Below are positions 1-14,756 of a stretch of DNA of 64,000 nt, one piece after another. The stretch's first letter is position 1. Each line of letters opens with the position of its first letter. The position numbers and the translations under genes were made by a program. The DNA is taken from NCBI GenBank assembly GCA_964016885.1, contig OZ024740.1, positions 358,484,001 through 358,548,000 of the forward strand, given 5' to 3'. The notes beneath the pieces were generated by a model that saw only the letters and a list, made by a program, of their open reading frames with translations, was not told where the DNA came from and did no database searches. Source of the DNA: Eledone cirrhosa. Taxonomy: Eukaryota.

Positions 1-189
1 AACCGACCGCTCTAACTTAGTCAACTAGAAGAACAAGTGCAAGACATCGTGGCTAAATGTGACCAAGAACGCCAGAAATAGTTAGAACGTTTGCTAAAAG
101 TGAATATTTTTGGACTGTCAAATAATTATTCAAATGACGAAACTTCGTGAAAACAGAGAAAGTAACTTTTGTGATGATTGATACATATA

Positions 190-1091
<902 letters not shown>

Positions 1092-1624
1092 CTGAGCGTG
1101 TGTGTGCTCGCTCGTGTTCTTATTTATGCTTATATCTGGTTAAAAGTTGTTATATCTCGTAAATATACAATACAAAAATAGAGATAAAATAATTACCAGA
1201 TTGAAATAAATAGTAGAGGTCGGAGTGTTAGATAAACCTCTGGAAGGTATAATCGTTGGTAAATATCTGAGATCATAAAAAACTAAACAAAAGAAAGAAT
1301 TCGCTACAACTACACAGACGGTAACGCTAATGGCACGATAAAATAGCTTCACAAATACATGAGGCTTACTTTTGCGGTTGGCCAACTCCTTTCAGATTGC
1401 ACCAAATGAGGAAGTAGCGTGGAGAGTCAGAACCCCAACGCTATAGATTCTACGACAAGTCTATTGGAAAACAGCCAATACTTCAACAATTTGCGATTTC
1501 AGCAAGTCAAGAAACAAGTCAACCAGAGCATACCTTCTCTGTTTAGGGCTTTTAATATCTCAGGTCGAATTTCATCCTCCGATAAGCCTTGCTACCTTTA
1601 AGTGCTTCAATTGCTTTGGCATCC

Positions 1625-2163
1625 CCAGGTGACAAGTGAGATTGCTCTAATTTTAGAGAAATCTATTTTTTTAAAAGTCTCCGGTAAAGTTTATGCTAAG
1701 TATCTGGCAAAAAATGTAAGAATGTTGTTGAATCGAAGCTAGCTGACGAACAGTATGGTTTTCGCTCTGAAGGTAACACAACCATTCAAATATTAATTCT
1801 GCAGCAGATCTTCGAGAAATTGTAGGAGTATTGGTAAGAGGTGTATGCATCTTACTTGTCTCTCGGAAAGACATGTGGTGAAAATGTTTCAGATCTTACG
1901 GGCAAAATCAGCAGAAAGGAGATCCGGAGGTAGACTAGCAATCTTACGGGCAAAATCAGCAGAAAGGAGATCTGGAGGTAGACTAGCAAGATGATTAGAT
2001 AACATTCATGAGCTCGGCTAGTCTCGATTGGGTGGTCCAACCGAATCCATTTGTGACGGTTGCTTCTGATCGGCCCTTCTGAAAGGCGTGCTTGAGGACT
2101 CAGCTCCCACAACCTTTCTATGAAAACGTTAGTGAAGAAGAAGAAGAAGAAGAAGAAGAAGAT
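1625..2163 (+). mobile_element. RTE LINE remnant (RT piece joined to 3' end, (GAA)n tail)
   Basis: Decayed SGKVYAKYLAK..VESKLADEQYGFR matches 41575-41720. The 3' end matches 6073-6435 and 14757-15420. (GAA)n tail at 2134-2163; 48-bp tandem duplication at 1893-1988. Confidence 0.85.
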
Positions 2164-2166
2164 GAT

Positions 2167-2320
2167 GAGTTCAAATCTCAATGAACTCAACATTACCGTC
2201 TCTCCTTCCGAAGTCGATAAAATAACGTGTCTGTCAAGTACTTAGGTCGATTTAAACGATTACACCCACTCCCCACCCCCGATCACGAACCATATACCTA
2301 AACGAGAAATGATAGCTTTC
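2167..2320 (+). mobile_element. Degenerate SINE (MetaSINE-like core)
   Basis: gagttcaaat...ccttccgaagtcgataaaataa resembles the SINE copies at 9255, 30612 and 61805. Confidence 0.55.
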
Positions 2321-2869
2321 ATTTCTTTCAATTTCATACTACATGATCTATTTTACAAATCCACTGCATAATATTATTGAACATGTTTTATAATCCCAAA
2401 GGACAAACCATAGTTAAGATTACCTTATAACGAAATTAAATCTACTTTCAATATGATTTTGAAGTATTTCAAAGAATTACACCAAAATAATTAACTTTTA
2501 ACATACTTCTTCAATTTAAACCATCTTTACAATTAGTTAATTATGTTTTTCTTTATCTTTAGAGTAAATATTGACTTTATCTTTCTTCTTTCATTTTGTG
2601 TGATTTCTATTTGTTTTAGTTCTTTAACAGTACGCCATAGCTCTTCTCACGAGTTTCTTTTTTCCACATCTTGCTTCAAATTTTTATGTTAGCCGCATGG
2701 TGATTTAAAAGTGGATTAGCAAACAGAAAAAAATAACATACGTTCATAATTTGAATACATTTATCTTTTTTTTAATATCCTCTTATTTGTGACATTTTTA
2801 TTTTGATTTAGGTTTTATATTTTGACATATGTCTAAAACATACATACATGCTCCAACACACGCAACCCC

Positions 2870-2982
<113 letters not shown>

Positions 2983-4502
2983 TATGTGCCTGTGTGTGTA
3001 TGTACAAACGAAAAAAAGTACAATAAACACATGAAGTTGTGTTTACAATTATTGGAAAAAGTTCCAATTCTTCATAATTCAGAGTTTCTTTTTCTGAAAC
3101 AAGTTACATATATGTGATCGGTTTGTCACATATTGTGAATAATTGTGAAAAAATGACAGAAGATTTCATGTTCATAGGGGTCTTGGACGGTTGAATCTTA
3201 TTGCTTAAGGCTGGGCACGTGAAAAATCTGTTACAAATTTACATTTGGTAGAAATTCTGTATTGTGCTACTATGGTATAGATTTCACATGGACACCCAGG
3301 GACAAGGGACATAACTGCTCTTTTATAATATGAAGCGTTGTTGAAAAGTCAATAACTGATGCTCAATTGGACTGCATAATTGGTGACTCTGCTCATCCGA
3401 GAATCTTCACGTCTAAAAGTAGCCCATGGTACCACTCAACAAGAAATCATAATTGATCGTCTACCCTTACCGAAAAATCTTTTACACTGTCAGAGTTTAC
3501 ACCGAGCAGCATGGAATATAATTCCAGGGAGAACCAAGGAGTTATGGCCTCTGATAATAAAATTCAATTTCAGCAAAGGTATCGAGCCTGGACGTTTGAG
3601 GATCCCAAAATCGCAGACATTCACTTGATATTCTATCAGGTAACACAGCATACCAATGGGGACACAAGCTTACCAACGATCAGTACGAAATATCCTTTTG
3701 CACTGATTTCATTCATATTCCTATTTTTTGCGTACATCTGAAAAACAGACACGAAATGCATAAAATATATAAGCGCACACACACACACACATATATACAC
3801 ACAGATATACATACACACACATACACATATATACACACACATATATACATACACACACATATATATACTTACAAAATCATGTACACATATAATTGTTGAC
3901 TGTTTTTAGATATTGCAATGCATATAGGTATTAGATATTTAATACCCTTTACAAATCCGTTTGAAGATTCTAACCAAAAATTAGTTTAAAAAAAGATAGA
4001 AATATATAAAAGATTTTGAGCGAGAGTGTAAAGAAATAGCAATTATATGACAGATGACGAAAATTATTTATTTTATGCTTTTTATGCTTTTTATGAACAA
4101 AAATTATCTGGAAAGTCTTAACCCAAACATGCAATATGATATGATTGAATATTCAATATTTCTTTCTACTCTTGTAAAATCCTAATATATTCTTGCACAG
4201 GTTTTCAGAAAAGAGTGCATAATAGAATTTATCTTTGTCAGTTATGTTTTTTTTTCTATATTAATTACTTTTATTCACTTGGAAAATATGTTTAGTTAGA
4301 TGCTACCATAATGCATACTTTGCAAAGTAAATAATATTTGGCTCTCAGATATCAAAAATTCATTACCAGAAGCGTTATAGTGACGTGAAAATTGTGCTTA
4401 TATCCACACTGTTTAAATATAGCTGACAGAAGTGTAAATCTAGGCATAGTGTGTTTGGGTGAGGGTGTGTATGTGTGTACATATTTGTATACATACACAC
4501 TA

Positions 4503-4578
<76 letters not shown>

Positions 4579-4714
4579 GCACATATGATTGTGTGTGTGT
4601 GTGTATGTGTGTTTGTAATCAGAGACAAAGAAAGAAGGAAGTGAGGGAAATAGAGTGAGAGAGCGAGTGTGTGTGAGAGAGAAAGAGAGAGAGAGTGAGA
4701 GAGCGAGTGTGTGT

Positions 4715-4780
<66 letters not shown>

Positions 4781-6072
4781 TATGTGTGTGTAAATAAAGA
4801 TAATATTGAATGTTAGAGATATAGAAACAAGTTGAAATACAAAATCACCAAAGCAGCTTTGCTCGCACGGCACCATAGATACACAGAAATTACATGTATG
4901 TATGTATATATAATATATATATATATATATGCATGTATGTATGTATATATTTATACATATGTATAATGTGTGAGCGTGTTTAAATATATATACAAGTTTA
5001 TGTACGTTTCTCTCCCTATCCGCTTATCTATGTTTTGTCCTTCTATTTCTCTAGTTCGCTCTGTGTTTTCTCTCCACCTTTCTCTCTCATTCTCTCTATC
5101 GTTCTATTTTTCTCACTGATTAGAGAGAGCTGTATCCTTATTACTGCACAAAGCAGATTATTATTGTTACTTCTACCAAACAGTTAGAAGTAATAATCAA
5201 ATCTTACAATCACCTTAGAAAAAAATAACACATTGAATAACATGATCTTAGATACATTGTATTAAAAATACTGGATGTCAAAAATACTGAATGTCAATGA
5301 TTGGAATGCTTTTTAATCATAGGTTTTGATTGGTCAGAGTAGACAGCCACTAGAAAAAGTTTCCTTCCTTGAAGCTTGTCATTGCAATTGGGTCTTCTGG
5401 TCATTTGCCGAGAATGTTTCTACCAAATTTGAAGAACTCTTCTTTCCACTACATTTCAATGAAGGTTACTTCTTTGTGTAGCACTACTACTGATAAATTG
5501 CCCTCATTTACGAGCCATTTTGCTCCCAATTTCCCAATGACTATATCTCCCCGTGTGTAACATTCTACCATGTATACATTGTGGTCAAATGCAAAATCCC
5601 CTTGGATCACGAACCAATGAAGTGATGTTTTGAATTGGTAGACATTTCTCTTAAACCACACTATACCACCTTACGCTATACGGGGTGGCCTTTGATCATA
5701 GATCATTGATTGGAGTGAACCTGGGGTTCATCAGCAACGACGTGGATCACTTCAACGCAACATATCTAATGATTCTGATTGTGCCATTTCATGGAGTACA
5801 TTCTTAACAATTCTACCTACACCACATTTTTCAATAACTCACATTATCCTATCTGGCTAGAAAGAAATCTACCCCAATCTATAGAAACACGTGACAATAT
5901 GTCCCCTCACCAAGAAAGGAACTTGCTTGTTATCTCATCCAACTCCATTGTTAACATTTTAAAGATATTGAAAACTGTCAACAAAGACTTTAATCGCTCC
6001 GATTTTCTCTCTATTTTTAATAATGAACATTACATTTTTCTGAGACCCTATTATCTTAGAAATGGAAGAACC

Positions 6073-6435
6073 CTTCTTCTTCTTCTTCTTCTTCTTCTTC
6101 TTCTTCTTCTTCTTCGCCCACTCGTTCCTGAGAGGATCGTGATGGTGGAGTCTTCAAACACTTCTTCCAGCAGGTTATGTAATAAGCAACCGCCTATAAC
6201 TGATCCGGCAGGATCCCCAAAGCGAGACAAGCCAAGCTCATGGATGTTATCCACCCATCTTATTCGGGATCTACACCTGGGTCTTCTGCTGGTTGGTTTT
6301 GCCTGTGAAAATCTGATCTGTCCAGCGATTCTTTCCTGAGACATTCTAACCACATGCCCACAGTATTGGAGCTGTGATCTCTCAATTCGGAGAAATAGTG
6401 GCTCTACCTGGAGTGATTATCTGATCTCCGACTAT
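6073..6435 (-). mobile_element. RTE LINE 3' fragment with (GAA)n tail
   Basis: Minus ORF VRMSQERIAGQI..RRPRCRSRIRWVDNI is a typical RTE C-terminus. (CTT)n at 6073-6115. Confidence 0.88.
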
Positions 6436-7079
6436 GTGTTGAGGAAAACCTGAAACAAACGAAAAAAAAAACGAAAAAAAAAAACGATCAGTGATGAATG
6501 CAGCAACTGAAAAGATTGGTAAGCTGGGTTAATGTCTTCGCCAAAATATGTAGTGTGGGACGAAGGGGTGGCAGTTGGAAACTAGCGGAAAGGAGATGAG
6601 AAATTATGTGGGGTGGAAATGTATATCGTGCAGAAGGTGTGAAATTCGGGCAGAAGGATGTCACGGAAAATTGATGTAAGTAATGAAATATAACATAACC
6701 TGGTAAACGGATCATAACGCCTATCATAATTCGTGGGATGTCTTCTATGCTATATGTCATATTTCTTACTTCCGCTGTAAACTAGAATTCATTTGCTTTC
6801 GTAGAAATTATATACAATGCGGATTGATTACATGAACGAGCAATTTTTTTCGCATTTGATCTTTCATGGGATTTTTAAACTGATTTTAAGTAGTTTTTCA
6901 GCGCAGGTTTCAAATTTATAATCGATTTTTGTCTGCATGTAATTTGAAATTTATGATTTTTTCCAAAAGTGGTATATTTATAGGAACATTCTTTTTTGTG
7001 TGGGTCGGATCTAATGATGTTATCTTCAAAATGTGAATTTTTTTCTGGAAATAAGCAATTTGCTTTCTGCCACGATATT

Positions 7080-7900
7080 CCAGGTCGTCTCGCGCAGTTA
7101 GCTGTAACACAGTATAACCCCTCAGGAACGAGATCATTTATGGATAGATCTTAGCGCAACCTCAAGTGTGTTCTTTTGCATAATGACAATCTTTTGGCGT
7201 CGCCCCAGTTGGTCACTCGGTGCATTTCCGAGAAACCCATGACGATATAAAAATGGTCATTGACATATTCAAATATCAAGAACACAACTGGATCATTTGT
7301 GTGAATCTAAACATGGTCAACCTTCTCCTTCGGCAACAGAAAGGTTTCACTAAGTTAACATGCTACCTCTGCGTGTGAAACATTCGAGCTCGAGACAAAC
7401 ACTGGACCAGAAGGAATGGCCTATCCATGACGATATGAAAATAGACAAACTAGACATTGTGAATGACCCGATCGTTAGCCAAGAGAAGATCGTTTCCACC
7501 ACTCCATCTGAAGTTTGGCTTGATGAAGCAGTTTGTGAAGGCACTGAGTACTGATAGTGAAAGTTTTCAGCACAGAGCTTCTGCTTTTCCTGCTCAGCCT
7601 TTCCAGAAAATCAAAGCGGGTGTATTAGATGGACTTTAGCTTCATGCCCCTGAATGTGATGAGATGGTTAAAAAAAACTTTCTTGATAACAAAAATCAGA
7701 TAACTGTGAGGTTTTGGTTGCTAAAATGCTGAGGGCTTTTCGCGATCTTGGATGTAACATGTGTGTCAAGTTTAATTTCCTGAATAGTCCCCTTCACCAT
7801 TTCTTCAGGAACCTGGGAGCTGTAAGTGATGAACAGGGAGAGCGCTTCCCTCAAAATCTCATGACGATGGAAGACTGTTATTAAGGGCATTGGAACAGAC
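7080..7900 (+). pseudogene. Chapaev3-like (CMC superfamily) DNA transposase remnant
   Basis: Frameshifted motifs LKCVLLHND, VGHSVHFRET, KYQEHNWIICVNLNMVNLLLRQQKGFTK, PLHLKFGLMKQFVKAL and LGCNMCVKFNFL..NLGAVSDEQGERF. Family name assigned from recalled motifs. Confidence 0.75.
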
Positions 7901-8465
7901 ATATCAGAGTTATCTCAGTAACCGTATGAGTAAATCAGACACGCGTTTCTGGATTTCATCCATCACCAATACTATTTACTCATGCAGAACTGAGACACGA
8001 TTGGGGATGGTCATTTCCATATAGTGCAAATAAAATATCACCTAGTGATGCTTATTTGTATACAGTACGTGCGAACGTGACTGGCGAGGGTTAATTAGCA
8101 GTAGTACTACCATAGCGGGATTCCCCAAATAATATATATGAAGTTGTATACAATATATTTATGAATAATAAACATACAAGGGACTCAGTTTAAATATTTT
8201 AAGCTGTGATCATGCCAGAGCTATCTCAGTAACCGCATGAGAATGTTACACACATTTTGTCTGGATTTTTATCCTACATTGGTAATATTTACTCACTCGA
8301 TACTGAGATAAGAATAAGCTTATAGCTTATAATCTTTCTTGTTCATGAGACGTCGACTGGAGATGCTCATTCGTATATAGTGTGAAATATATATAAATGT
8401 ATATATTGGTGCCTCCAATATCATGAAAATAATGATAAATGTTTCTTTCAATTTAAAGAATTAGC

Positions 8466-8760
8466 CACACTGTGATACAGACAGTTTCATTTGGTGTATA
8501 TCAATAAACTATGTTATTGATAAAATACATTATCAATGGAGTACACATACGGAGTCTAAAATCCTCTGTCGATCTATGACCGAAGGAATAAAAAACAAAA
8601 CAAAACGAAGTGCTTGTTTTGATTCCTTTGGCCATAAATCGAATAAAGATTGTGGACTGCAATTGTACATTATCGATAATGTATTTTACCGATAATGTAT
8701 TTTATCGATAGTGTCATTTATCTATCGTATCCAAATAACACTATCCGTGGTGCAGTTTGA
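8466..8760. repeat. Imperfect ~295-bp palindrome (MITE/foldback-like)
   Basis: gtctaaaatcctctgtcgatctatgaccgaaggaata pairs with the reverse complement of gattcctttggccataaatcgaataaagattgtggac. The outer arms also pair. Confidence 0.65.
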
Positions 8761-9065
8761 TTCGACGATTAATAGAATGTTATATAAATACAGAAACATA
8801 TATGAAAAACACAGATACACACACACACACACACGCACACACATATATACATATATATGAGAATAAATTGAAGTATCCGTCGTATGTTGATTCATTCACG
8901 TTTGTATAAAATGAATATGCGTAACAAAAAAATGGAACGAGCGGCTTTCCGGTTTATTGTGTGCTCAACGTAATCGGAGGAATTGTGTAACATAAGTATC
9001 TTGATGATACGAGATGCATTATCAAGTATGGTACAGATCCCAAGGAGAATTTTATGGAGTAATTG

Positions 9066-9244
9066 AATGTGAACAGAGTTCTAAGAAAAACTATCGAAAT
9101 TTGAAGACAGACTTATAACACAATAGGGTCTCCATCACATGTTTCGATGCATTTAAACACATGTTAGAGACCCCTTTGTTTAATAAATCCGTCTTCGAAT
9201 TTCAACAAATCTTACCCAGTTTTTCCTAGTACGCTGTTCACATT
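9066..9244. repeat. Imperfect ~180-bp palindrome (MITE/foldback-like)
   Basis: aatgtgaacagagttctaagaaaaact pairs with agtttttcctagtacgctgttcacatt. Inner arms gaaatttgaagac...gggtctc / gagaccc...gtcttcgaatttc. Confidence 0.7.
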
Positions 9245-9254
9245 ATATATATCA

Positions 9255-9430
9255 GTATCGGTAGAGGGTCTGACGCCATGCTTTGCAGCAAAGAGTTACG
9301 GCCCTTTATGATCTGAGTTCAAACTCGCCGAGGTTAACTTTACCTTTCATCCTTACGGGGTCGATAAAATAAAGTACCAGTAATACACTGGGATAATTCC
9401 TGGCCTTGTGCCAAAAGTAGAAACAATTAT
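9255..9430 (+). mobile_element. SINE, MetaSINE-like core
   Basis: ctgagttcaaa...cctttcatccttacggggtcgataaaataaagtaccag...agaaacaattat; at least 7 copies in the window. Confidence 0.85.
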
Positions 9431-9780
9431 ATATGTATATAGTAGTAATAAGTAAATACAAATCCAAGCTGTAGAGCAACTCAAGTCCGTATGGCGAATT
9501 TGAATATAATTATTAAGGTCAGAATTATTATTATTCATCTGTTGCCTTCGGTTGCCTCTCTTTTTTCACCTCCTCCTTCTTTCTCTCTCCCCTATTTCTC
9601 TCTATTTCTCTCTGTTTTTCTTTACATACATTTCTTCTTTCTCTCCGTCTTTCTTTCTAACTGTGCTTAACACTATAACTAAATAATTATAAACACCTCA
9701 CTACCAAGCCAGCTTCCTACCTTAATGGTTGCTTATATTTATGGTAAGTCAAAATTATTTATAAAACAGTTTATATATTG

Positions 9781-9847
9781 TATTTTATCTGACGAAGGCA
9801 TGCCATATTTTTAATATGGTATCCCTGAAATATGTATTATGAAATAA
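9781..9847 (+). ncRNA. Hammerhead ribozyme-like motif (imperfect stem I)
   Basis: CTGACGA, stem II agg..atgccatatt/aatatggtat..cct, then GAAA-tat-GTA. Downstream flank is shared with the 59690-59850 palindrome. Confidence 0.5.
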
Positions 9848-10448
9848 ATATGGTTTTATAAATATAGTTTCCATTTGTTTAATATCGTATATATATATAT
9901 ATATATATACGTGTGTGTGTGTGTGTATATATATATCCATGGAGTATAACGCGAATTTATTGTAGGTTCACCCAGGCGAGCACTCAGTGTTTAGGTTCAC
10001 GTCAGTAGCGAGGTGTAGAGCTAGACAGTGTAATATAATAATACAAGTACGATTGGTTAAGCATTCATTACGTTTATCGGTTGGTGACGCGCGTTTCGCT
10101 ATTGGTCAGCTCAAAGTTCGAACTGTATCTATCTGGCCCGACTGTGGAACCAAAAGCTCGTCGGACCTCTGTTGTAGAAATGACAAAAAAATATATATAT
10201 GTACAACATGTGTAAAAAAAGTAACAGGACTTAGTGTACTATGTGAGGGATTAGCGGGTTGCCCCACCGTGTGACGTAATACTCTTGGAGTATGTAACTG
10301 CGATCTCAGCTCTCTGCAGCCATTGTATGTTTTTCCTCGTACTTTTCTTAACACCTCCTCAGTGTTAGGTCGTCAAGCGATGCAGACAGTGCACGGGCTG
10401 GAGTCGGCTTAATCCATCCGGGATGAACACTGATAGAAGTACAAATAG

Positions 10449-10621
<173 letters not shown>

Positions 10622-10897
10622 TGTGTATGTGTCTGTATCTCTGCACAGACGTGTGTTGTATGTGTGTGCGTGTGTGTGTGATGTGTGTGGCATTGCATGT
10701 GTTTTTGTGACTCTAGTGGTGGCCATACTTTTGCAGGGCATTAGGGCCAGACCTCTGTTTAGAGGAAACCCACTTTTCACACTACCCCGTTCCTTCACAA
10801 AATGTTTGGAGACTATAAAAAGAGTCATATGCACTGCCCTCCCCCATTTGGCTAAACAGCGAAATATACATTTAATACGAAGAGACACTTAAAAATA

Positions 10898-11066
10898 TAA
10901 TTGTTTCTACTTTAGGCACAAGGCCAGCAATTACCCAGTGCATTACTGGTACTTTATTTTATCGACGCCGTAAGGATGAAAGCAAAGTCAACCTCGGCGG
11001 GATTTGAACTCAGATCGTAAAGGGACGTAACTATGCTGGAAAGCATGGCGTCCGACCCTCTACCGA
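10898..11066 (-). mobile_element. SINE, MetaSINE-like core
   Basis: Reverse complement of the 9255-9430 / 30612-30792 element. Confidence 0.85.
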
Positions 11067-11722
11067 ATGAAGACAAATACTGAAAAGAAAATATATCATT
11101 GTGTGTTACTGATAATCAGCTGAATGTATAAATCTAAGAATATGCGATAGATACTTCAAGGGATGGTTGAAGAGAATAGTAAAATGTGATCAATATGTCT
11201 GGTGTTTCCACATATCATAAGACTCTTTGGCACTGTGCATATAAATAACACATGTTTACTATATTCTTTGTACTACAGATGACAAAGATATACCGGTGTG
11301 TTAGAACTCTCTCTATTCACGCACAGATAAATATTATATATACATATATATAATATAATATAATATAATATAATATAATATAATATAATATAATATAATA
11401 TAATATATAATCGTGTTACTGTTGTAACTCATTCCTTTATCCACTATATACACATACAGACAAACGTACTTATACACAAGCATTGACACACGCATGTGTA
11501 TAGAAATATATATATATATATAGAGAGAGAGAGTCTGTGGTGCTAGTACTCGATACATCATGCTAGTACTCGATACATAGGGAGATGTAGAGTGCGTATA
11601 GAGATATGTAAAATCCCGACCATGGAGCCAAACCGAAACCACTTGGCGCTGCGGTTGGTATTTTATATCTCTCTCTTTCTCTCTCTCTCTGCATATATAT
11701 ACATACATACACACACACACAC

Positions 11723-11762
<40 letters not shown>

Positions 11763-11799
11763 ATATATCGTGGTGTTCTTTTAGAGTTCTATATGTGCA

Positions 11800-12064
11800 C
11801 CAGTCGCTGCCAGCGTGTGAGGTGTATTGCTACTTTCGTTAGATACTGCCAAGGATCTGGAGTTCTTGAATATCATGATAACTGGAGATGAAAGGTGGGT
11901 GTACAGCTATGACCAGGAAACCATAGCACAGTCCTCACATTGGAAGCCTATGCTGTCACCATTGCGCAAAGAAAAATCAAGTTAATGATTACGTAGGCGT
12001 TATGTATTATGGGTAGGTACTAGAAGAAAAATCAGTTACAAAGAAGTACTATCAATAATTCCTC
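11800..12064 (+). pseudogene. Mariner transposase remnant
   Basis: Translates FLNIMITGDERWVYSYDQETIAQSSHWK, the mariner first catalytic-Asp motif TGDExW, followed by a decayed V(T/N)xxYY segment. Confidence 0.8.
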
Positions 12065-12218
12065 CACACACACACACACACACACACATACACACATATA
12101 TATATATATAAATATATATATTAGTACAGATTAAAGTTCAAGCAAAGTATCGCTGCTATCACCCTATTACGGGATCTTCTGAAACTCTTCGGATTTTGGT
12201 ATTCAGATTTATTATTAT

Positions 12219-12260
<42 letters not shown>

Positions 12261-12268
<8 letters not shown>

Positions 12269-12344
12269 GCTGATGAACCCTGACATGATATTATTCTTAC
12301 ACTGTTTATGGTGAAACACTCTCTTTGAGTCTGTCCAGGTGTAT
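12261..12344 (+). ncRNA. Type I hammerhead ribozyme, canonical core
   Basis: Stem I atatacctg/caggtgtat; CTGATGA 12270-12276; stem II acc..ggt; GAAAC 12313-12317; stem III actc/gagt; cleavage triplet GTC 12333-12335. Confidence 0.8.
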
Positions 12345-12589
12345 TATAGTTATAAAGGTGGGTTTATGCATTTTAATTTATCTCTTTAATTATATCTTTA
12401 ATTATAATGTATTTCCCACATCTTTCGTAGTTTTTATGTTTTTCACTCTAGTGGCTTTCTACCCCCTGTAACTGAAAACATACTCTTTCGTGTTTTCTTC
12501 TCTCTATATTCAATTATGAAGAGCCCGGTACTTGTTCCTTGAGCTCATTAAACTACAGGGATAGACGCGAGTCGTTAACTCATATCGAT

Positions 12590-12726
<137 letters not shown>

Positions 12727-13084
12727 ATATAGAAATGGCTTCTACAGGACTAAAACTATTTCAATCGGGCGAAATCATCAGGAAGCCGATTATCCAAATA
12801 ATATGGTGGTATTTATACATTTTCTGGTGGTAGGAAGGGTGGAAGTCATTGGCTGATGGATTTAAAGAAAGGATATTCTTTAAAAACTATATTCAGAGTC
12901 ACAAAGGCAGAACAAAAATTCAAGCAAAGTACCTATAGAAAAACTCACACTGAGAGGCACTTCTAATTTTTAAGGTTCAATTATTTCAAGCAAACAATAG
13001 CTATTCATTGGTAAAGTCTGCCAAAATGGTCAGGTGTCTACAATCACGCACACACACAAACACACATACCACACCCACCCACGC

Positions 13085-13162
<78 letters not shown>

Positions 13163-13644
13163 TTGTGAAGGCGCATGGCTTAGTGGTTAGAGCGTTGGGC
13201 TTGCAATCGAAAGGTTGTGAGTTCAATTCTCGGACCGGTTGATGTGTTGTTTCCTTGAGCAAGACACTTTATTTCACGTTGCTCCAGTTTACTCAGCTGT
13301 AGAAATGAGTACCGGCCTGCCCGCCCAGCCAGTGGGATGGCGTTATCTATGGCTAAAACAGCACGACGTGCTGTGACCAGCGGCGCCGATTGGCGCCCGA
13401 CAGACTGGTCAGTCAAGGTGATCAAGGTGATATATATACATTTATATATATATACACGCACATACACATCCACACACACATAAATACACACATACATACA
13501 TACATACACACATACATACACACATACACACATATACACGTATATATATATATGAATGTATGTATAGTATATTTGATAATATACTGTATGTTTATTTAAA
13601 AACATTTTGAAGATGCTACGATCGGAAAAAAAAATATATATACG

Positions 13645-13686
<42 letters not shown>

Positions 13687-13835
13687 TACACACACGCATA
13701 TATATATATATATACATATACGTACACACACACATACGTACACATACGTATATATATATTTCAAAGTTCAATTATGCTAAGCAGACAAAAGGAAATTCTT
13801 TAAGTGGCTGTGTTAAAGTATACAGAATCGTCAGC
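12727..13835 (-). mobile_element. HHR-bearing non-autonomous PLE-like element, interrupted by microsatellites and a SINE
   Basis: 12727-13030 matches 51500-51840 and the reverse complement of 53462-53810. 13760-13835 matches 52130-52215. HHR on minus at 12737-12787. Confidence 0.7.
13168..13432 (+). mobile_element. tRNA-derived SINE
   Basis: A box tggcttagtggttagagc and B box gagttcaattc, then CORE/V-like tgtttccttgagcaagacactt and a ggtgat repeat tail. Inserted in (TA)n. Confidence 0.85.
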
Positions 13836-14058
13836 TTTGATGAAAAGGTGGTAAAAGAGGTAAAAGAGGTCCATATATTTTATTATGCGCATTTCGAATA
13901 CAAAATCATCCTGGGACAAAAATTGTGTTCTCATCAGATAAAATAAGGTAACATGATATGAGGCATAATAGCACTTGTTTACAGGAAAGTGGTAAGTCTA
14001 CATATATCATCTGACATATGCATAGTTTTATTGTTCTACAATATTATTCACCTTCTAC

Positions 14059-14094
<36 letters not shown>

Positions 14095-14756
14095 GTGTAA
14101 ACAAACACAAAGACTATCAAAAGCACAGTATAATCAATGTAGTGATAAGAGGATTAGTACATAGAATCCACGGGAGGAATTGATAACGAGATGGGGTAGT
14201 CTGTATTACAGACGAGGAATAGTAATTGCTAGGGGAAGAGTATTACTTCCAGTTTATTAGGTATATTAAACTAGCCCAGAGAGAGCTATTTGAAGGTACT
14301 ATTTATAACCTGATAGGTTAAGCGAGTTTTGATTGATTTCTTAGCTTGCTCCGAACCCGACTGTGTTTCTAGACGTTATTCATAATATATGTCTATCCTT
14401 ACAATCAGTGCCACTGCCATTTCTTATTTTGATAATTTAAATGGATTATAGTGCAGACGATCGACCTCGTAATCTATTCTTCCATAACCGTCCCACTATT
14501 GAGGTTGCGAAATGACTTTTTGTAAGGTGGGACTATAAATATTATATATTGTCTGACACGGTGACATGTGTATCTTTTTGATTTATTATCCTCCACAGAT
14601 TAAATGCGATAATATTTTTCATTTGACTATACAATTGTAATTATTCGATAATTAATTAACGCTTATTGTTTTAGTATAATAATAAATCAGAATAATCAGC
14701 AAATATAACTGCATATATATAAACTTAGAATAAAATATTTGAGTATATAGTTGATT

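Noticed and set aside
5369-5661. Short ORFs possibly from a LINE endonuclease or a host exon
   Set aside because: No convincing motif recognised.
13168-13245. tRNA gene
   Set aside because: A/B boxes run into a SINE body and tail; no proper cloverleaf or acceptor stem.
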